From positions 21,886,001-21,950,000 of the forward strand of contig JBHGNT010000011.1 in assembly GCA_043228905.1 (NCBI GenBank): a stretch of 64,000 nt of DNA. The letters are read 5' to 3'. Shown one piece after another: positions 50,191-63,477 of this stretch; position 1 is the stretch's first letter, and the number at the start of each line of letters is the position of its first letter. The translations under genes and the position numbers were made by a program. The notes beneath the pieces were generated by a model. The model ran no database searches. It was given only the letters and a program-made list of their open reading frames with translations, and was not told where the DNA came from. This stretch comes from Azolla caroliniana. Its lineage: Eukaryota; Plantae; Polypodiophyta.

Positions 50191-53100
50191 ATGGCGCAGC
50201 GAAGCTCATCAAGACTAACCCGTCTGAATAGACATAATTCTCCCCATTCTCAGAAACAGAAACTGACGAACGATCACAGAGCATGCATCTATGGCCTTCT
50301 CACAGTTATTCTCCTCTTCTGCACCCTCGTGATTTTCCAAGCAAAGATTGGAAACCCCCCTGTCCAGATCAAAGATTACAACAACAAATTTCATCAGTTT
50401 GGACGTCGATCTATCTCTGCCTTTCCTCAGGTAAGCTTCTCTGCTCGTCAGCTCCCTCGTCGTGATGTTGTTAACAGTAAAGAGAAGAATCATCGTCAAG
50501 TTGTGGATGGTGACGAGAATCATCATCATCAAATGATTAATGGGAAAGCGACGAATCGGCTCGATGGGGATGATCCACATAACTATGGTTTGGTTGGCAG
50601 TTCTTTACGTCAAGAAACAAAAGAGGATTTTGATCTGGTTTCATTGCAGTCATTGCAGAAGAGAAGGATCAATGATGTGAAAATAGGAAATGTATCTTCT
50701 GTTTCGGACAAGGAAGAGGAGGAGGAAGGGGAGGAAGCGGAAGAAGAAGAAGAAGAAGAAGAAAATGACGAGGATGTGGATATAGATGGTGATTTAGATG
50801 AAGAGGAGGATGTTGAGAGAAATTTAAGAAATGAAAGAATGAATGAGGATGGGAAAGAGAAAGATCGAGATCGAGATGAGGGGAAAGAAGATGACAAAGA
50901 TGAGGAGAAAGAAGAAGAGGGAGAGGAAGAAGAAGAAGAAGATCAAGAAGGTAGCCTTAAGGAGCTCGAGAGAAGGCTTGTGGATGAAGAAGGCAATGAT
51001 GAGAAATTCGAGCGAAGTGGTGTGGACGAAGGAGACCGTGATGAAAAATTTGGGAGAATTCTTGGGGCCGAAGGTGGTAATGATGAGAGATCTCAGAAAA
51101 GTATCGTGGACAAAGGACATGTCAAAATTGATTATGGATCAAAATCGCAGAAAACAGAACATTTGCCTTCTAGGGTCTCTGACAATGTAGATATGGTTGT
51201 CAACAGAACAGCCAAGGGGTCCATAAAGGAAGAGAGGAGCGATGAGATTCATGTAGAAATGAACTCGTTGAAGTCTCTAGAAAGACATAGACTTATAGAA
51301 ATTCTTCCAAGATGGGATCCCCTGGAGGATATGGGAGGCAGAAATAAATCTAGCTATTTATCCAGTGACCCACAATTAACCACTATCAATCATGCAATAC
51401 ATAAGAGCAGCAGTCCCCAACGGTCTGGAATTGTATGGGATCATCTGCTGGGTGTTGCTCGAAAGGACGGTAATCGTGGGAGCTCATCAAACCAATTTAT
51501 TTCTACAGTAAAAACTGGAAGCAGTGACAAAAAGTTAGATCATGTAGTTCGTAGTGGTCATATTGTTGGTAGGAATGGCAACACTTGTAGTAAATGCTCC
51601 CCAATCTTTAGCTCAGACGATGAGCCTTTAGATCAAGATATAAGGGATAAAATTTTACAGGTGACAGATATTGAAGATGCATTACTCTTGCGTGGAAATA
51701 AGCGCTTGTGGGCCGAGAAGAAACTGAGCAAAATGGATCCTAACAGGAAAGATCGGTCTATTAAAGCCCCCATCGATCCATTAAATCCTTCGAATAACCC
51801 TCTTTTGCAGGATCCTGATACATTTGCTGCCAGTGGTCTGAGTGGAAGTGACAAAGCTATATTAAAAGCCATCCGAAGAGCTCAAATTCAAAAATCCATA
51901 ACTCAAGTTGGAAACGAAGATGTAAAACGTGAAAATGTTGAAACTGTTTCAACTGGAGAAAAATCAGAAACTATAGCAATTGCTGGAGGTGTAAATAATA
52001 CATCATCCTTGGGAAATAGCAAAGCAGCTGAACGATCTATCCTTGAGATTTCAACTTCTCATCCTCTAAGGTCCTCTGAAGTTTTGAAAGAACATGGTCT
52101 TTCCAAAAGTGTGGATTCACCATCTGGACTTAACCCCATAAGAAGAAAATGGAGTTTCTTTCCAGGTTTAGATCCCACATTGAGTTTAACTAAGTTTATA
52201 GAGCAGTTTATGGGGAACAACTGCTCTATTAATGTTTTTATGGCTTGGACTACTCCTCCATGGAGCTACAGTGTCAGATATCAACGTGGTTTAGAAAGTC
52301 TGTTATACTTCCATCCCGAGGCATGTGTTGTAATATTCTCTGAGACAATTGGGCTCGACTTTTTCAAGAGCTTTGTGGTTGATGGGTATGCTGCTAAGTC
52401 CTCATTGATAACTGTGTGTATACCCTTTGCGCCCCATGTGCAAACTGAGCATAAGTATTTAGGATTAAATTACATAGATTATGCATTGCAAATTTTTGTT
52501 GGGAGGCTGGGGGATTATATGCTTAAAGTATATGAGGATTTATCACACGAGTAGGTCTGTTGGGAAGAGCCCTCAATTGACTACTTCCTTTCGGAATATA
52601 TGTGATTGGGGGATCATTTTTATGTGTTTCTATTTCTAGATCCTCTATGAGGAAATAACCAGATCAACCTACCAGATAGGATAGGACATCGATCGTTGAT
52701 GGTGAATTATGAATATTATTGCAAACTTTGCACATATACTCTTTCTTTGATTATGCAAATTGAATGCCCAATCTCAATCTCAATTTCAATCTGGTGCAAT
52801 GACACTCTGCGCTGTCCCATCACTACTCATGATATGTGGCATATACATATTCATATCTTCTGGAATCTTGATCAATTGCTGATAACATAACCAATCTTTT
52901 TTAGTACACCATTTCCAATAGGAGAAGCGGACAAGGTAGCGTCCAACCACTTGTATCTTTCGTGAGCCTATGCTTTGCTCTCTGGTTATGGACTATGTCT
53001 TCGATAAGTGCAGGAACTGATATCTGTAGTATATCGTCAGAAAATCGGCAGATTGTGTGATCCGGCTGGTCTCCAATGCATCTTCTGTACTACATTTATG

Positions 53101-53832
53101 CATGCATTTTTGTCATGAGTCTGCTACCCATGGTTTCTTCACGTTTTTCAGAGGGTGTTTTTTGCTGCTTGCCTGTAAAACTTAATATAGTGAAACAGGT
53201 GTTTAAATAAGCAGCTAAAAGATGGGCACTGATCTGATCATTCTGTTCCCAAATATACCTCTTTAATCATTGCACTACAAGCATTGACTTATTGTAGAAT
53301 ATAATCTTAATACACTTATGAATAAAGAATAAAACTGTTTGCTGTTTTACCATCGTATGCTCTTTGTACTTTTGTAAAGTTTTGAGTAATTAGGAGCTTC
53401 AAATGTCAGCGATTCTTCATGGATTGAAGTATGGCTGAAAATATATTTTGCATTTTTGCTTTTAGCTTCAAGGTCGCTGTAGTACAACCAAACTTGGAGG
53501 AGTTGCTGGAGGGGACTCCGGCTGATGTTTTTGCATCTGTTTGGCTTACTTGGAGGAAGTCACAATTGTTCTACATTCATTATACTGAATTACTACGTCT
53601 TGCAGCTCTCTACAAGTGAGTTTTTCAGAGCTAAATCTCAATGAATAGCAAGATGTTTATTGGTTACTGAATACATTTTATAATCCAGGTATGGTGGAGT
53701 CTATCTGGACACGGATGTCATATTACTCAAGCCTTTGAACTTATTACAATTACATAATACCATGTGTATGGAAATGCTAAGAAATTCCAAAAAGAGGTTA
53801 AACGGCGCTGTCATGGCTTTTGATAAAGCAAG
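50191..53832 (+). CDS. GT32 alpha-1,4-glycosyltransferase family protein (At4g19900-like), first three exons only
   Basis: Exons 50191-52385, 53466-53615, 53689-53832 splice in frame (DG|FKVAVVQPNL...RLAALYK|YGGVYLDTDVI...LNGAVMAFDK). N-terminal TM helix (GLLTVILLFCTLVIF) and DXD motif DTD. C-terminal exons not found in the window. Confidence 0.92.
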
Positions 53833-53959
53833 GTATTTATTATTCATATATAACAAATCTTGGTGACACTAACTTTACAATGTGGAGGTGCCAAATAAAG
53901 GATGTGATCATCCAAAGATGTCAAATGATTTGACAAGTTCATTATATACAAGTATCTTA

Positions 53960-54290
53960 TGGGTAATGTATATATAAATATGACGGAGGAAGCCCCATTA
54001 AATGAATTTCGAGACAAGCTATGTACATCTTATGAGAAACCCACATGGGATATTGCTCATACAGTGAGAGACATTGGTTTGAATCAAGCAGATAAAACTT
54101 GTTATATATCACAATCAATCGATTGATATCTAATAAGTCTCCTTTCCATGTTGGACAATTGCTCTTTAAATGGCCCTGTTTGCAACAATGCAAGCATTCG
54201 ATATCCATCTTTAGCCTTGATTTGCTCCTTAAGTGGGATACTCTCCTATTGCTAGCCATGTAGATGTTTATACTTGATTTCAAGACATTA
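53960..54290. mobile_element. scrambled copia gag fragments
   Basis: Minus strand RSKSR..CLHCCKQGHLKSNC zinc knuckle (~54150-54260). Plus strand DKLCTSYEKP gag-like piece (~54010). Confidence 0.55.
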
Positions 54291-57084
54291 GTGTTTTTGC
54301 TAAATACTTCCCCTAGAAACCCGCTAGCTGCAGTCTTAGAGCCAATATGTTGGCATGAAAATTATCACGCGGAAGATATTCTGAATTGCAAAGTTATTTC
54401 ATCATGTATTCCTTATTTGTAGCCATGGGCTTCTCATAAGATGCACATGCCTTATCCAAATTGTGGGGCTGCATACCTTCTATTGGTAAGAGTTGACGCC
54501 TTATAATGAGAGTATGCTTTATTTGGTGCTTTTACATGGTGTTGTTAGTGCCGTCAAACATATGTGTGCTGGTGTCATGCTCCAGAAAGTAAGTAATAAT
54601 GCACACAAAAGTGATCCAATCAATGGGCAATCTAAGCACAAGGGTGCCAACCAATATGCACACAATTGCATGAACACACTTTAATGCTACCAAAAATGGC
54701 AGCACAGCTCAAGAATAATTGAGACAATAACAACTGACTTCAAGATGCATCAAGTAGTCCAAAGACTTCAACCAGATAGTCTAAAAAAGGATGCCATGTC
54801 ATTTCACCCTTTGCAAAAAACTTCCTGAATAGAACTGATATTACCTTGCACTGAAGTAGATGTAAATCCTGATGCCCTGACATCGACCAAGCTATTTTTA
54901 AAAGACTTCTTTTCAGCCGGCAGGCAGCTCCATGGCGATTACTTTTGGAGCGGCCACTCTTTCTATCTCTCGAAGAAGCTTATTACCACCAAGCTTGAAG
55001 GCTGGTGGCAATTTGACAACATCACGAGCAGCTCTACTGAAAGCTTCAATGCTAATTGCAAGCCAACAATGCTATCCATTCCTTCAATGGCTAAGATCCA
55101 ATGACTCCTCCACAATCAACACTCAATAAATTGGCTTACTTACATATGTGTGGCCTGGGCTGTGATAACAAAGCAAAGGACAAAGTTTCCAAATTTGAAG
55201 GCGAACCCAACCACATATAATTTGAATGTCACAAAAGGCAAAATGTGCGAAGAAGGTTGACCCACCGCACACTTTGATTAGAGATGATAGCTCACATCTG
55301 CAAGACTGGATTTTTTACTCTGGAGTTCATTTCCATGTCACCCCTCATAGGTGGTGGTTTGCCTCCTATGATGACACATCATGGAAGCATGAGATTGGTT
55401 GATGACTGTGCATGTGACATTCATTTCTGCTTCAGTAATGGTACCACTTTTTTGTTAAAGATTGTAGACTACGTTCCAACCTTCACGAAGAGTTTGTGCT
55501 AATTGTGCAACTCGATGATGATGTCTCCTCAACTGGATTTCTCTCTAGCACTTGGAAAATATGCAAAAAGTCTACATTTAAGATTCATTCAATCAAAATT
55601 TATACACTTTATATTATGGTCTCCACATAAACTGAAGTGAAAAACCTCTTTGAAATCAAGAGATTTGATGGAAAAGGTTTCGAATTGTGGAAAGAGCGTA
55701 TGCTGGGCATCCTCTTTCTAAGAGATTGTGAAGATGCTCTCGAGGAAAAGAAACTAGAGAGCATGGAAAATGATGCTTGGAACACTCTGAATAAGAAAGC
55801 CATTACATATATTAAAATGTCTGTTTCTAACGAGATTTTTGTAGATATAAAGGGCTTGATTACTGCCTGTCAAGTCTAGACAACTTATGAGAATACTCCC
55901 CCTGTGAATCAGGTGCATTTGATGAGAAAACTTGTTAGTATGAGGCTTGATGAGTTGAAAGGTGCAATAGATCATCTATCGTTATTCATAGGTACTCTCT
56001 CCCGACTACAAGATTTAGGATTACCAGCTTTTGATGACAAGCTCAAAGCTATCTTCTTACTTATGACTTTACTTGATTCTTGGGAAACATTAGTTGTTTC
56101 ACTGTCTAATAGCCCCAACTTGACCTTCGATGGTGTGTGGGGCTCTATTCTCAATGAAGAGATCAAAAGAAAATCTAGTGGAGAAGGTAGTGGTTCAACA
56201 TACAATATTAGGGGGGGATATGATAACAGGAACCCAAATGTAGGACAAAGAAATAGAAGTAAGAGTAGAGGGAAAAGAAAGCAACAAGATATCACATGCT
56301 ATCAGTGTGGCCGTAAAGGTCATAAGAAACTTGATTGTAGATATTTGAAGATGGAACTAGAAAGGAAGAAGAATGTAGGAGAGAAGAAAAACAAAGATGA
56401 TAAGTTTAATACAGTAGAGAAAGCTAATATGGCTTCAAATGTTATCATTGAAGACCTATCTGGTGAAGATGGTGATGTACTTTGTATTACAAGTGATGCC
56501 TTCATACATAGCTCATGTTCAAGACATGCAAATCACCAAAATAGATGTTATTGATGCTTTATTGTCATTCTTGCTATTGCTGAATTTGACTCTCGTTTAG
56601 AGCTTTGACATAAGAGATTAGGACATATGATCCACAAAGGACTTGAAGTCCTTTCTGATCTAAAAAGACTTGATGTTAAAGGATCAAAGCTGGTTTTTTG
56701 TAATGATTGGAAATTCTTATTATTCTAGTGTCTCTCGTAAACCAAATGTGCTAGATTTGGTGCATTCTGATGTATGTAGTATGCCTGTAAAATCTTTGGG
56801 CTGTGCTGCATATTTTATTTCCTTTATCGATGATTATTCTAGGAAGATTTTGGTGTACTTGATGAAAAAAAAAGGTGATGCATTTAAATCTTTTCATGCA
56901 TTTGTGACTACCCAAAAAGGGACAAAACTGAAATGTCTTAGAACAGATAATGGGCGTGAGTTTACATCTGCAGAATTTAAGTCCTTTTGTGACTTACATG
57001 CTATTAAAAGAGAGCTTACAGCTCCATATAACCCTTCGCCAAATGGGGTGGCAGAAAGGTATAATAGGACATTGTGTGAGCGAG

Positions 57085-58174
57085 TAGCAATGGGCGCGGT
57101 TTGGTTTCTAGGCCTTGAAACCAAACCAAACCAAACCATTTATTTATATTAAAAACCAAACCAAACTGTTTAAATTTTATGAAGCCATTTAAACCAAACC
57201 GTTTATGAAAATTTTAGAACCAAACCAAACCGGTTTATCATAAATCAAAACCAAACCAAACCAATAAACCTTTAAACCTTCAAAATGTTTAAAGCTTTAA
57301 AGCTTTAAACCAAACCACATAAGCCGAAACCGCTAAATCGTGAAATTCAAAACCAAACCAAACCGAAACCGATAAGCTGCTTACCCGCTAAACCATGAAA
57401 TTCAAAACCGAGCCGAACCGAAACCAAACTGAATCATAATATTTGAAACCATAGTATGAACCATACGTACCATTCGTGCATTCGTGTTCGAGAATGATTC
57501 AATCATTCGAGAATGGTAAACACCCTCGAAGAATGATAAATACCATACTTTTGGATAAATTATTTACTATAAGATAAATATTTTTTCAAGGTAAAAAATT
57601 GCAAAAAAAAAACACATTACCTTCTTAATACATAACAATATGCTTTTTTTCGTAAATTCTAATAACAAAGAAATTATAGAAATGATAGAAATTACAAAAA
57701 TTACAAAACCACTACAGAAATTTCTGTACTACATAGCCCTAAAGTTTAAACAACTTTAAACCCTATTATTAACCCTAAACATACGTGAATCTCGTTGGTA
57801 TGCAGAAATTAATGGCCGGGAGAAGATGTGGTCATTGACTCACTAGTGACTAGTGTGCACGATGCAAGCTCAAGGTTCAAGTAGCAGATCATTCAAGGCC
57901 TGATGGGAGAGGAAAGGAGAGTGTAGCGTTGATGTGCAGAGGAAATGGGGAAAAAGGAGAAAAAGAGGGAAAAAACAAAAAAAAGGAAAAAAAAACACGA
58001 ATATTTGAATATCATTCGTGTTCGTTTTCCAACGTAGGAAAACGAATGATATAGCTGACGAACACGAATTTTACGTACTATGTTTGAAACCAAACCAAAC
58101 GGTTTATTTATCTTTGAACCAATAAACTGTTAAGCGGTTCGGTTCGGTTTGAGCCGAAACCGTGCCCATTGCTA
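57085..58174. mobile_element. hAT MITE family A, copy inserted in the copia A integrase
   Basis: TIRs TAGCAATGGGC(G/A)CGGTTT. TSD TGAGCGAG/TGAGTGAG (one CpG transition). Copy 1 of the host has the empty site. Confidence 0.93.
57450..58082. mobile_element. hAT-like MITE family B (633 bp) nested in MITE A
   Basis: TIRs CATAGTATGAA / (rc)CATAGTACGTAA. Exact TSD TTTGAAAC (57442-57449, 58083-58090). The other MITE A copy has a single TTTGAAAC at 23749-23756. Confidence 0.92.
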
Positions 58175-58208
58175 TGAGTGAGTACGGTGCATGCTGTCCA
58201 CAGCTAAT

Positions 58209-58629
58209 TGTTGGAGGGTGGCAGCTCCAGACCTGCACTCTCTTTCATCTTTATTATCTCTATACTACATTCTCTTTCTTCCTAGATTCTTTTCTCTCTA
58301 GAATCTGCAATGCTTTAAATGCCTTTTGTCTCTTCCACTTTTTCCAAGATATTCCTTTTTTTTTTCCTAGTTTATTGTACATGTTTGGTAGTACAAGAGT
58401 CTCTTAACTACCAAACAACCATTCCCAATTTTGTATAAATAGGCTTATACCAGCCTCTTTTGTAAGGAGATTATTTTCTGCTGCTACTTACAAACAAGCA
58501 CAACTCTTTGGCTGTGTCTCTACTCTTTGCAACCATTTTTTCTACTGCTGTCTAACAGCCTTTTCACAGCTTGGCTGTGTCTATTTTGTTCTAACTCTTC
58601 CGCTGTTGCTATTAACAGCTTTTCTCACA
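58209..58629 (+). repeat. 5' LTR of copia B (421 bp)
   Basis: Direct repeat of 63020-63477; TATAAATA at ~58434. Confidence 0.96.
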
Positions 58630-58899
58630 TGGTATCAGAGCAGTGAGGTCTCCATATCCTCAAGCTGAATTTTTTTTTTGCCAAAGAGCACACAGACCTC
58701 TCTTCTTTTATCCCTCCCTCCCAACCCTATAGAGGAGGTTCTCTTAGCAGCCACCCTCCCAACCTACAAAGGAGGTTCTTTTCTTTTCTTTTCCCCTCAT
58801 CTGAGCCTCACCTAGCATCTAGGGAGAAGTAGAAAGACCTTGAGCATCTACTTACAACTGCTGTAAATTGTCCAGTTGTAGCTCAAGAGGAAGATATCC

Positions 58900-61800
58900 A
58901 TGGCCTCACATGCCACGATTGTTTCATCAACCATTCCCCAACTCCCCAAAGAGTCCATCTTGGATGGGAACAATTACTTGGATTGGGAGCTACAAATAAA
59001 GACCTTGTTACAATACCATCATTTATGGAATGTAGTGAATGGTAGTGACAAGAAACCACCAGTAACTTCATCCTCTTCAACCAAATCAGTTGTTGGCTCA
59101 TCTAACGCTGAGATTGAAGCGTGGCTGGATAAGAATTCTCGTGCCCATGCTTTCCTCATGTTTAATATTAAACCGAGCATCGCTCATCAATTTCAAGATA
59201 CAAATGAAGAGACAGCCAATGAACTATGGACATCCATGAAAAAGAGGTACCATCGAGCTAATCATGCTCAAATGATAGCTATTAAGAACCAACTAGCTAA
59301 TCTCAAGATTCATCAAATTACGCAATTTGTTACTCTCCAAAAGGAACTAGTTTCTTTGGGAAGCAAGTCAACTGAAGTTGAGTTTGTGCATCGTCTAATG
59401 ATAAAGTTGCCCGAGTCATTCTCAGCATTTTGTGACACAATTTCTCTTCTTCCCAACACACCTGATATGAATACATTTCTTGGTATGCTACAAGATAGGG
59501 CAACAAGAAAGAAAAGTGCTCAAACTTCCAATGAGACGCTTCTACATGCGACAAGTAAAGGCAAGTGGAAGCAAAATGGTAACTCCTACAACAAACCCAA
59601 TCCAAGACCGCCAAACAACCCAGCTTACAAGGAGCTCACTTGTCATTATTGTGGCTACAAAGGTCACATTCAGCCGGATTGTCGGAAAAAGAAAAGGGAC
59701 AATGCTAAGAACTCTTCTTCTACCGAAAATCAACCTACACCGAAATCCAACTCAGCCCACTCAGCCAAAGAAACAGTTTTCCTTGGCATTGAGGAACATA
59801 CTTCACATTTGGCTGGACCAACTACCTCAACCATGGATGAGTGGTTAGTAGACAGTGGTGCTACTTCACACATGACCTATGACAAATCCATTTTGCATGA
59901 TGTGAAACCTAGCTCCTCCCAAATCTCCATAGGAGATGCCTCAAGCATTAAGGCTTCATGTGTGGGTAATGTGTTTCTTAACAATTCTTCAAATGAAGAA
60001 CTTGTCATTCTTCAAGATGTGCTACATGTGCCTCGCATCTCTGCCAACCTACTTTCAGTCTACCAAATCACCAAGCAAGGTTATGGAGTCTACTTTGATA
60101 GCTTAGTTTTGGAAGTCATTGACGCCAACGACCTACAAATTGTAGCTAGTGGCACACAAGAAGGGGGTTTATACCGTCTGAAAAGTTCCCATAGCCCCTT
60201 GGAAAACTCCAAATCTCATCTTCTTCATCTTCTTCAAGGCTCTCATGCCTTGGTGGCACAAGAAGATCCCACGTTGTGGCATGCTAGGTTTGGTCATCTC
60301 AACTATGATTCTCTTCAAAAGCTCTCCTCCTCCCAACTAGTTGAGGGTCTTCCTATTTTCAAATCTCCCAATACCCCATGTGTTGCTTGTCTTCATGGCA
60401 AGCAACATCGAGAGCCTTTCCCGCATGAAGCCACTCACCGAGCAACATCTATCTTGGAGTTAGTGCACATGGATCTTTGTGGTCCCATGAAAACCACTAC
60501 TCTTGGTTATGCACGCTACTTCATGCTTATAATTGATGACTTCTCCCGCAAGGTTTGGGTTTATTTTCTTGTAGAAAAATCCCAAGCCTTCGCAAAATTT
60601 CAAGAATGGGTAGCTCTCGTGGAGAACGAGACATTGAAGAAAGTTCGAAAGATCAGGTCGGACAATGGTGGAGAGTTTATCTCCAAAGCTTTCCACCATT
60701 TCTGCTCTCAACGAGGCATTGCTCGCCAATTTTCTACACCCAATACTCCTCAACAAAATGGGAGTCGTGGAAAGCAAGAACCGGACAGTCCAAGAGATGG
60801 CTCGTACGATGCTATCTCAATCTGATCTTCCTCTCTCATTTTGGGGTGAAGCTGTCAACACAGCAGTCTACATCATCAACTGCTGCCCAACAAAAGCAGT
60901 TGTTGGAATGACGCCTGCAGAAGCATTTACAGGTGTAAAGCCCTCAGTATCTCATTTTAAAGTCTTTGGTTGTGATGCTTATGTTCACATTTCAGATCAT
61001 AAAAGGACGAAATTTGAGTACAAAATCAAGAAATGCAAATTTCTTGGTTACAGCACACAATCTAAAGCATACAGGTTATGGGATTTAGAGTCAAAGTGCC
61101 TAGTCATCTCTAGGGATGTTCATTATGTCGAGTCTCAGCTGGATGATTCTAGGATTTCACCTGAGTTCATGGTTGAAATCCCAGCTCCTCCGGAATCTCC
61201 TATTTTAGACGAAGATGTCTCATCTTCAAGGCCCCCATCTCCTCCTACTCAATCTCTAACTTCGCCAACAATTCAATCCTCTCCCTCAACTCCACTTGTT
61301 TCCCCTCCCTCTACAAACCATCTTCCACCACTTCCCAAGTGGCTTCAAGCCACCATTCGTGATTCTCATCTCTCCGATGCTGAACTTCATGAGTATACAT
61401 CTGGTTCTTGAACACGTAAGTCACAACGGCCTCTTCACTCATGCAATTTTGCCTTATTGTGCCCTGTTGTGCAATCAAAAGAACCCACAACAGCAAAAGA
61501 GGCCCTTGTTCTTCCAAAGTGGAAAGTAGCAATGGAAGTTGAACTTGATTCCATTGAGCGGAATCATATATGGAGCTGGTCCCACAGCCTCCACAACGAC
61601 AAGTCATTGGACTGAAATGGATTTTCAAGACCAAATACCATGTTGATGGTACTTTGGATAAGCACAAGGCACGTTTAGTGGCAAAAGGCTACTCACAAGT
61701 CAAAGGAGTGGATTACGAGGAAACTTTTGCTCCAACAGCAAGGTACACCTCTATCCGATGTGCGCTTGCACTTGCTGCTCACAACAAATGGCCCATTTTT

Positions 61801-63012
61801 CAAATGGATGTCAAGTCGGCCTTCCTTAATGGTGAATTGAAAGAGGAGGTTTATGTTGAACAGCTTCCAGGTTTCGAGATTTTAGAGCAGAAAAACATGG
61901 TCTACAGGTTACACAAAGCCTTGTATGGCTTAAAGCAAGCTCCCAAAGCGTGGCATGACAAAATTGATAGCTTCTTTCTCGCTCTTGGGTTTCAAAACTG
62001 TAATGCTGACAAGAATCTCTATGTTTTTTCCCAAGATAATTTGCTTTCCTTGATCATATTATATGTTGACGACCTTCTAATTACATGGTCTCTTGCATAT
62101 AAAATCGAGGAGGTCCGCGTTGACCTCAAAACAACCTTTGAAATGACTGATCTAGGACTTCTCCATTATTTCATAGGTATGGAGGTCTATCAATCACATG
62201 GTGGTATCTTTCTCAGCCAACATAGGTATCTCAGGCAGCTCCTTGAGACCTATAGCATGTCAAATTGCAAGCCACTCTCCTGTCCAATGGATCCAAACTC
62301 AAAGCTATCTCATGAAGACAATTCTCCCATATTTGAGGATATCACGAAATATAGAAGGTTAATTGGGTCCCTTCTTCACTTAACTTATACCAGGCTTGAT
62401 TTGTCCTATAGCGTGAGTATTCTCAGCCAATTCTCAACTGCTCCAAGACAAAGTCATTGGCAAGTAGTTATTCGAGTTCTTCGGTATTTGGCCAACACAC
62501 TCGACTAAGGTCTGTCTTTTAGAAGCGGCATTGAGCTTGTTGGCTACTCAGATGCTGATTGGGTAGGTGATATTGATTCTAGAAGGTCCACATCTGGCTA
62601 TTGTTTTATGTTAGGTTCAGGTTTGATTTCTTGGAAATCAAAGAAGCAAAACTCAGTTTCTACTTCATCGACGGAAGTTGAATACCGTGCCTACTTGGAT
62701 ACTTGTTGTGAGTTGCTATGGTTAATGCAATTGTTTTCTCACATTCGTGTTTTGCAAAACTCTCCTATTGTAGTTTTCACCGACAGCCAAAATGCCCGTG
62801 CCTTGGCACATAGCTCAGCATTTCATGGTAGAACAAAACACATCGAAGTGCACTACCATTTTGTTCGTGAATTAGTAAAATCACAAGTCATCAACTTGGC
62901 ATATTGCCCTACTCAAGAAAATGTGGCTGATTTATTTACTAAGCCGCTTCCAAGGCAAGCCATTGATCAGCTCCTCGATCGACTCAATGTTGGACCGCCG
63001 TTCTGGAGCTAA
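58900..63012 (+). pseudogene. copia B gag-pol, disrupted
   Basis: LDGNNYLDW, CHYCGYKGHIQPDC, WLVDSGATSHM, LWHARFGHLN, IRSDNGGEF, YVDD and RTKHIEVHYHFVRE. Frameshifts near 60760 and 61570; stops at 61409-61411 and 62506-62508. Confidence 0.95.
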
Positions 63013-63019
63013 GAGGAGG

Positions 63020-63477
63020 TGTTGGAGGGTGGCAGCTCCAGACCTGCACTCTCTTTCATCTTTATTATCTCTGTACTACATTCTCTCTCTTCCCAGATTC
63101 TTTTCTCTCTAGAATCTGCAACTATTTAAATGCCTTCTCTCTCTAGAATCTGCAATGCTTTAAATGCCTTTTGTCTCTTCCACTTTTTCCAAGATATGCC
63201 CTTTTTTCTTATTCCTAGTTTATTGTACCTGTTTGGTAGTACAAGAGTCTCTTAACTACCAAACAACCATTCCCAATTTTGTATAAATAGGCTTATACCA
63301 GCCTCTTTTGTAAGGAGATTATTTTCTGCTGCTACTTACAAACAAGCACAACTCTTTGGCTGTGTCTCTACGCTTTGCAACCATTTTTTCTACTGCTGTT
63401 TAACAGCCTTCTCACAGCTTGGCTGTGTCTATTTTGTTCTAACTCTTCCGCTGCTGCTCTTAACAGCTTTTCTCACA
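63020..63477 (+). repeat. 3' LTR of copia B (458 bp)
   Basis: Direct repeat of the 5' LTR with an extra ~34-bp tandem duplication (63104-63170). Confidence 0.96.

Larger units (their letters stand above)
58209..63477 (+). mobile_element. full-length Ty1/copia LTR retrotransposon, family B (5.27 kb)
   Basis: TG...CA LTRs at 58209-58629 and 63020-63477; TSD CTAAT (58204-58208, 63478-63482); PBS TGGTATCAGAGC 58630-58641; PPT AAGAGGAGG 63011-63019. Confidence 0.98.

Noticed and set aside
42713-53832. PPR next to GT32 as conserved synteny with Arabidopsis At4g19890/At4g19900 (from recall)
   Set aside because: The arrangement here is divergent, PPR genes are very numerous, and orthology cannot be shown from the sequence; probably coincidence.
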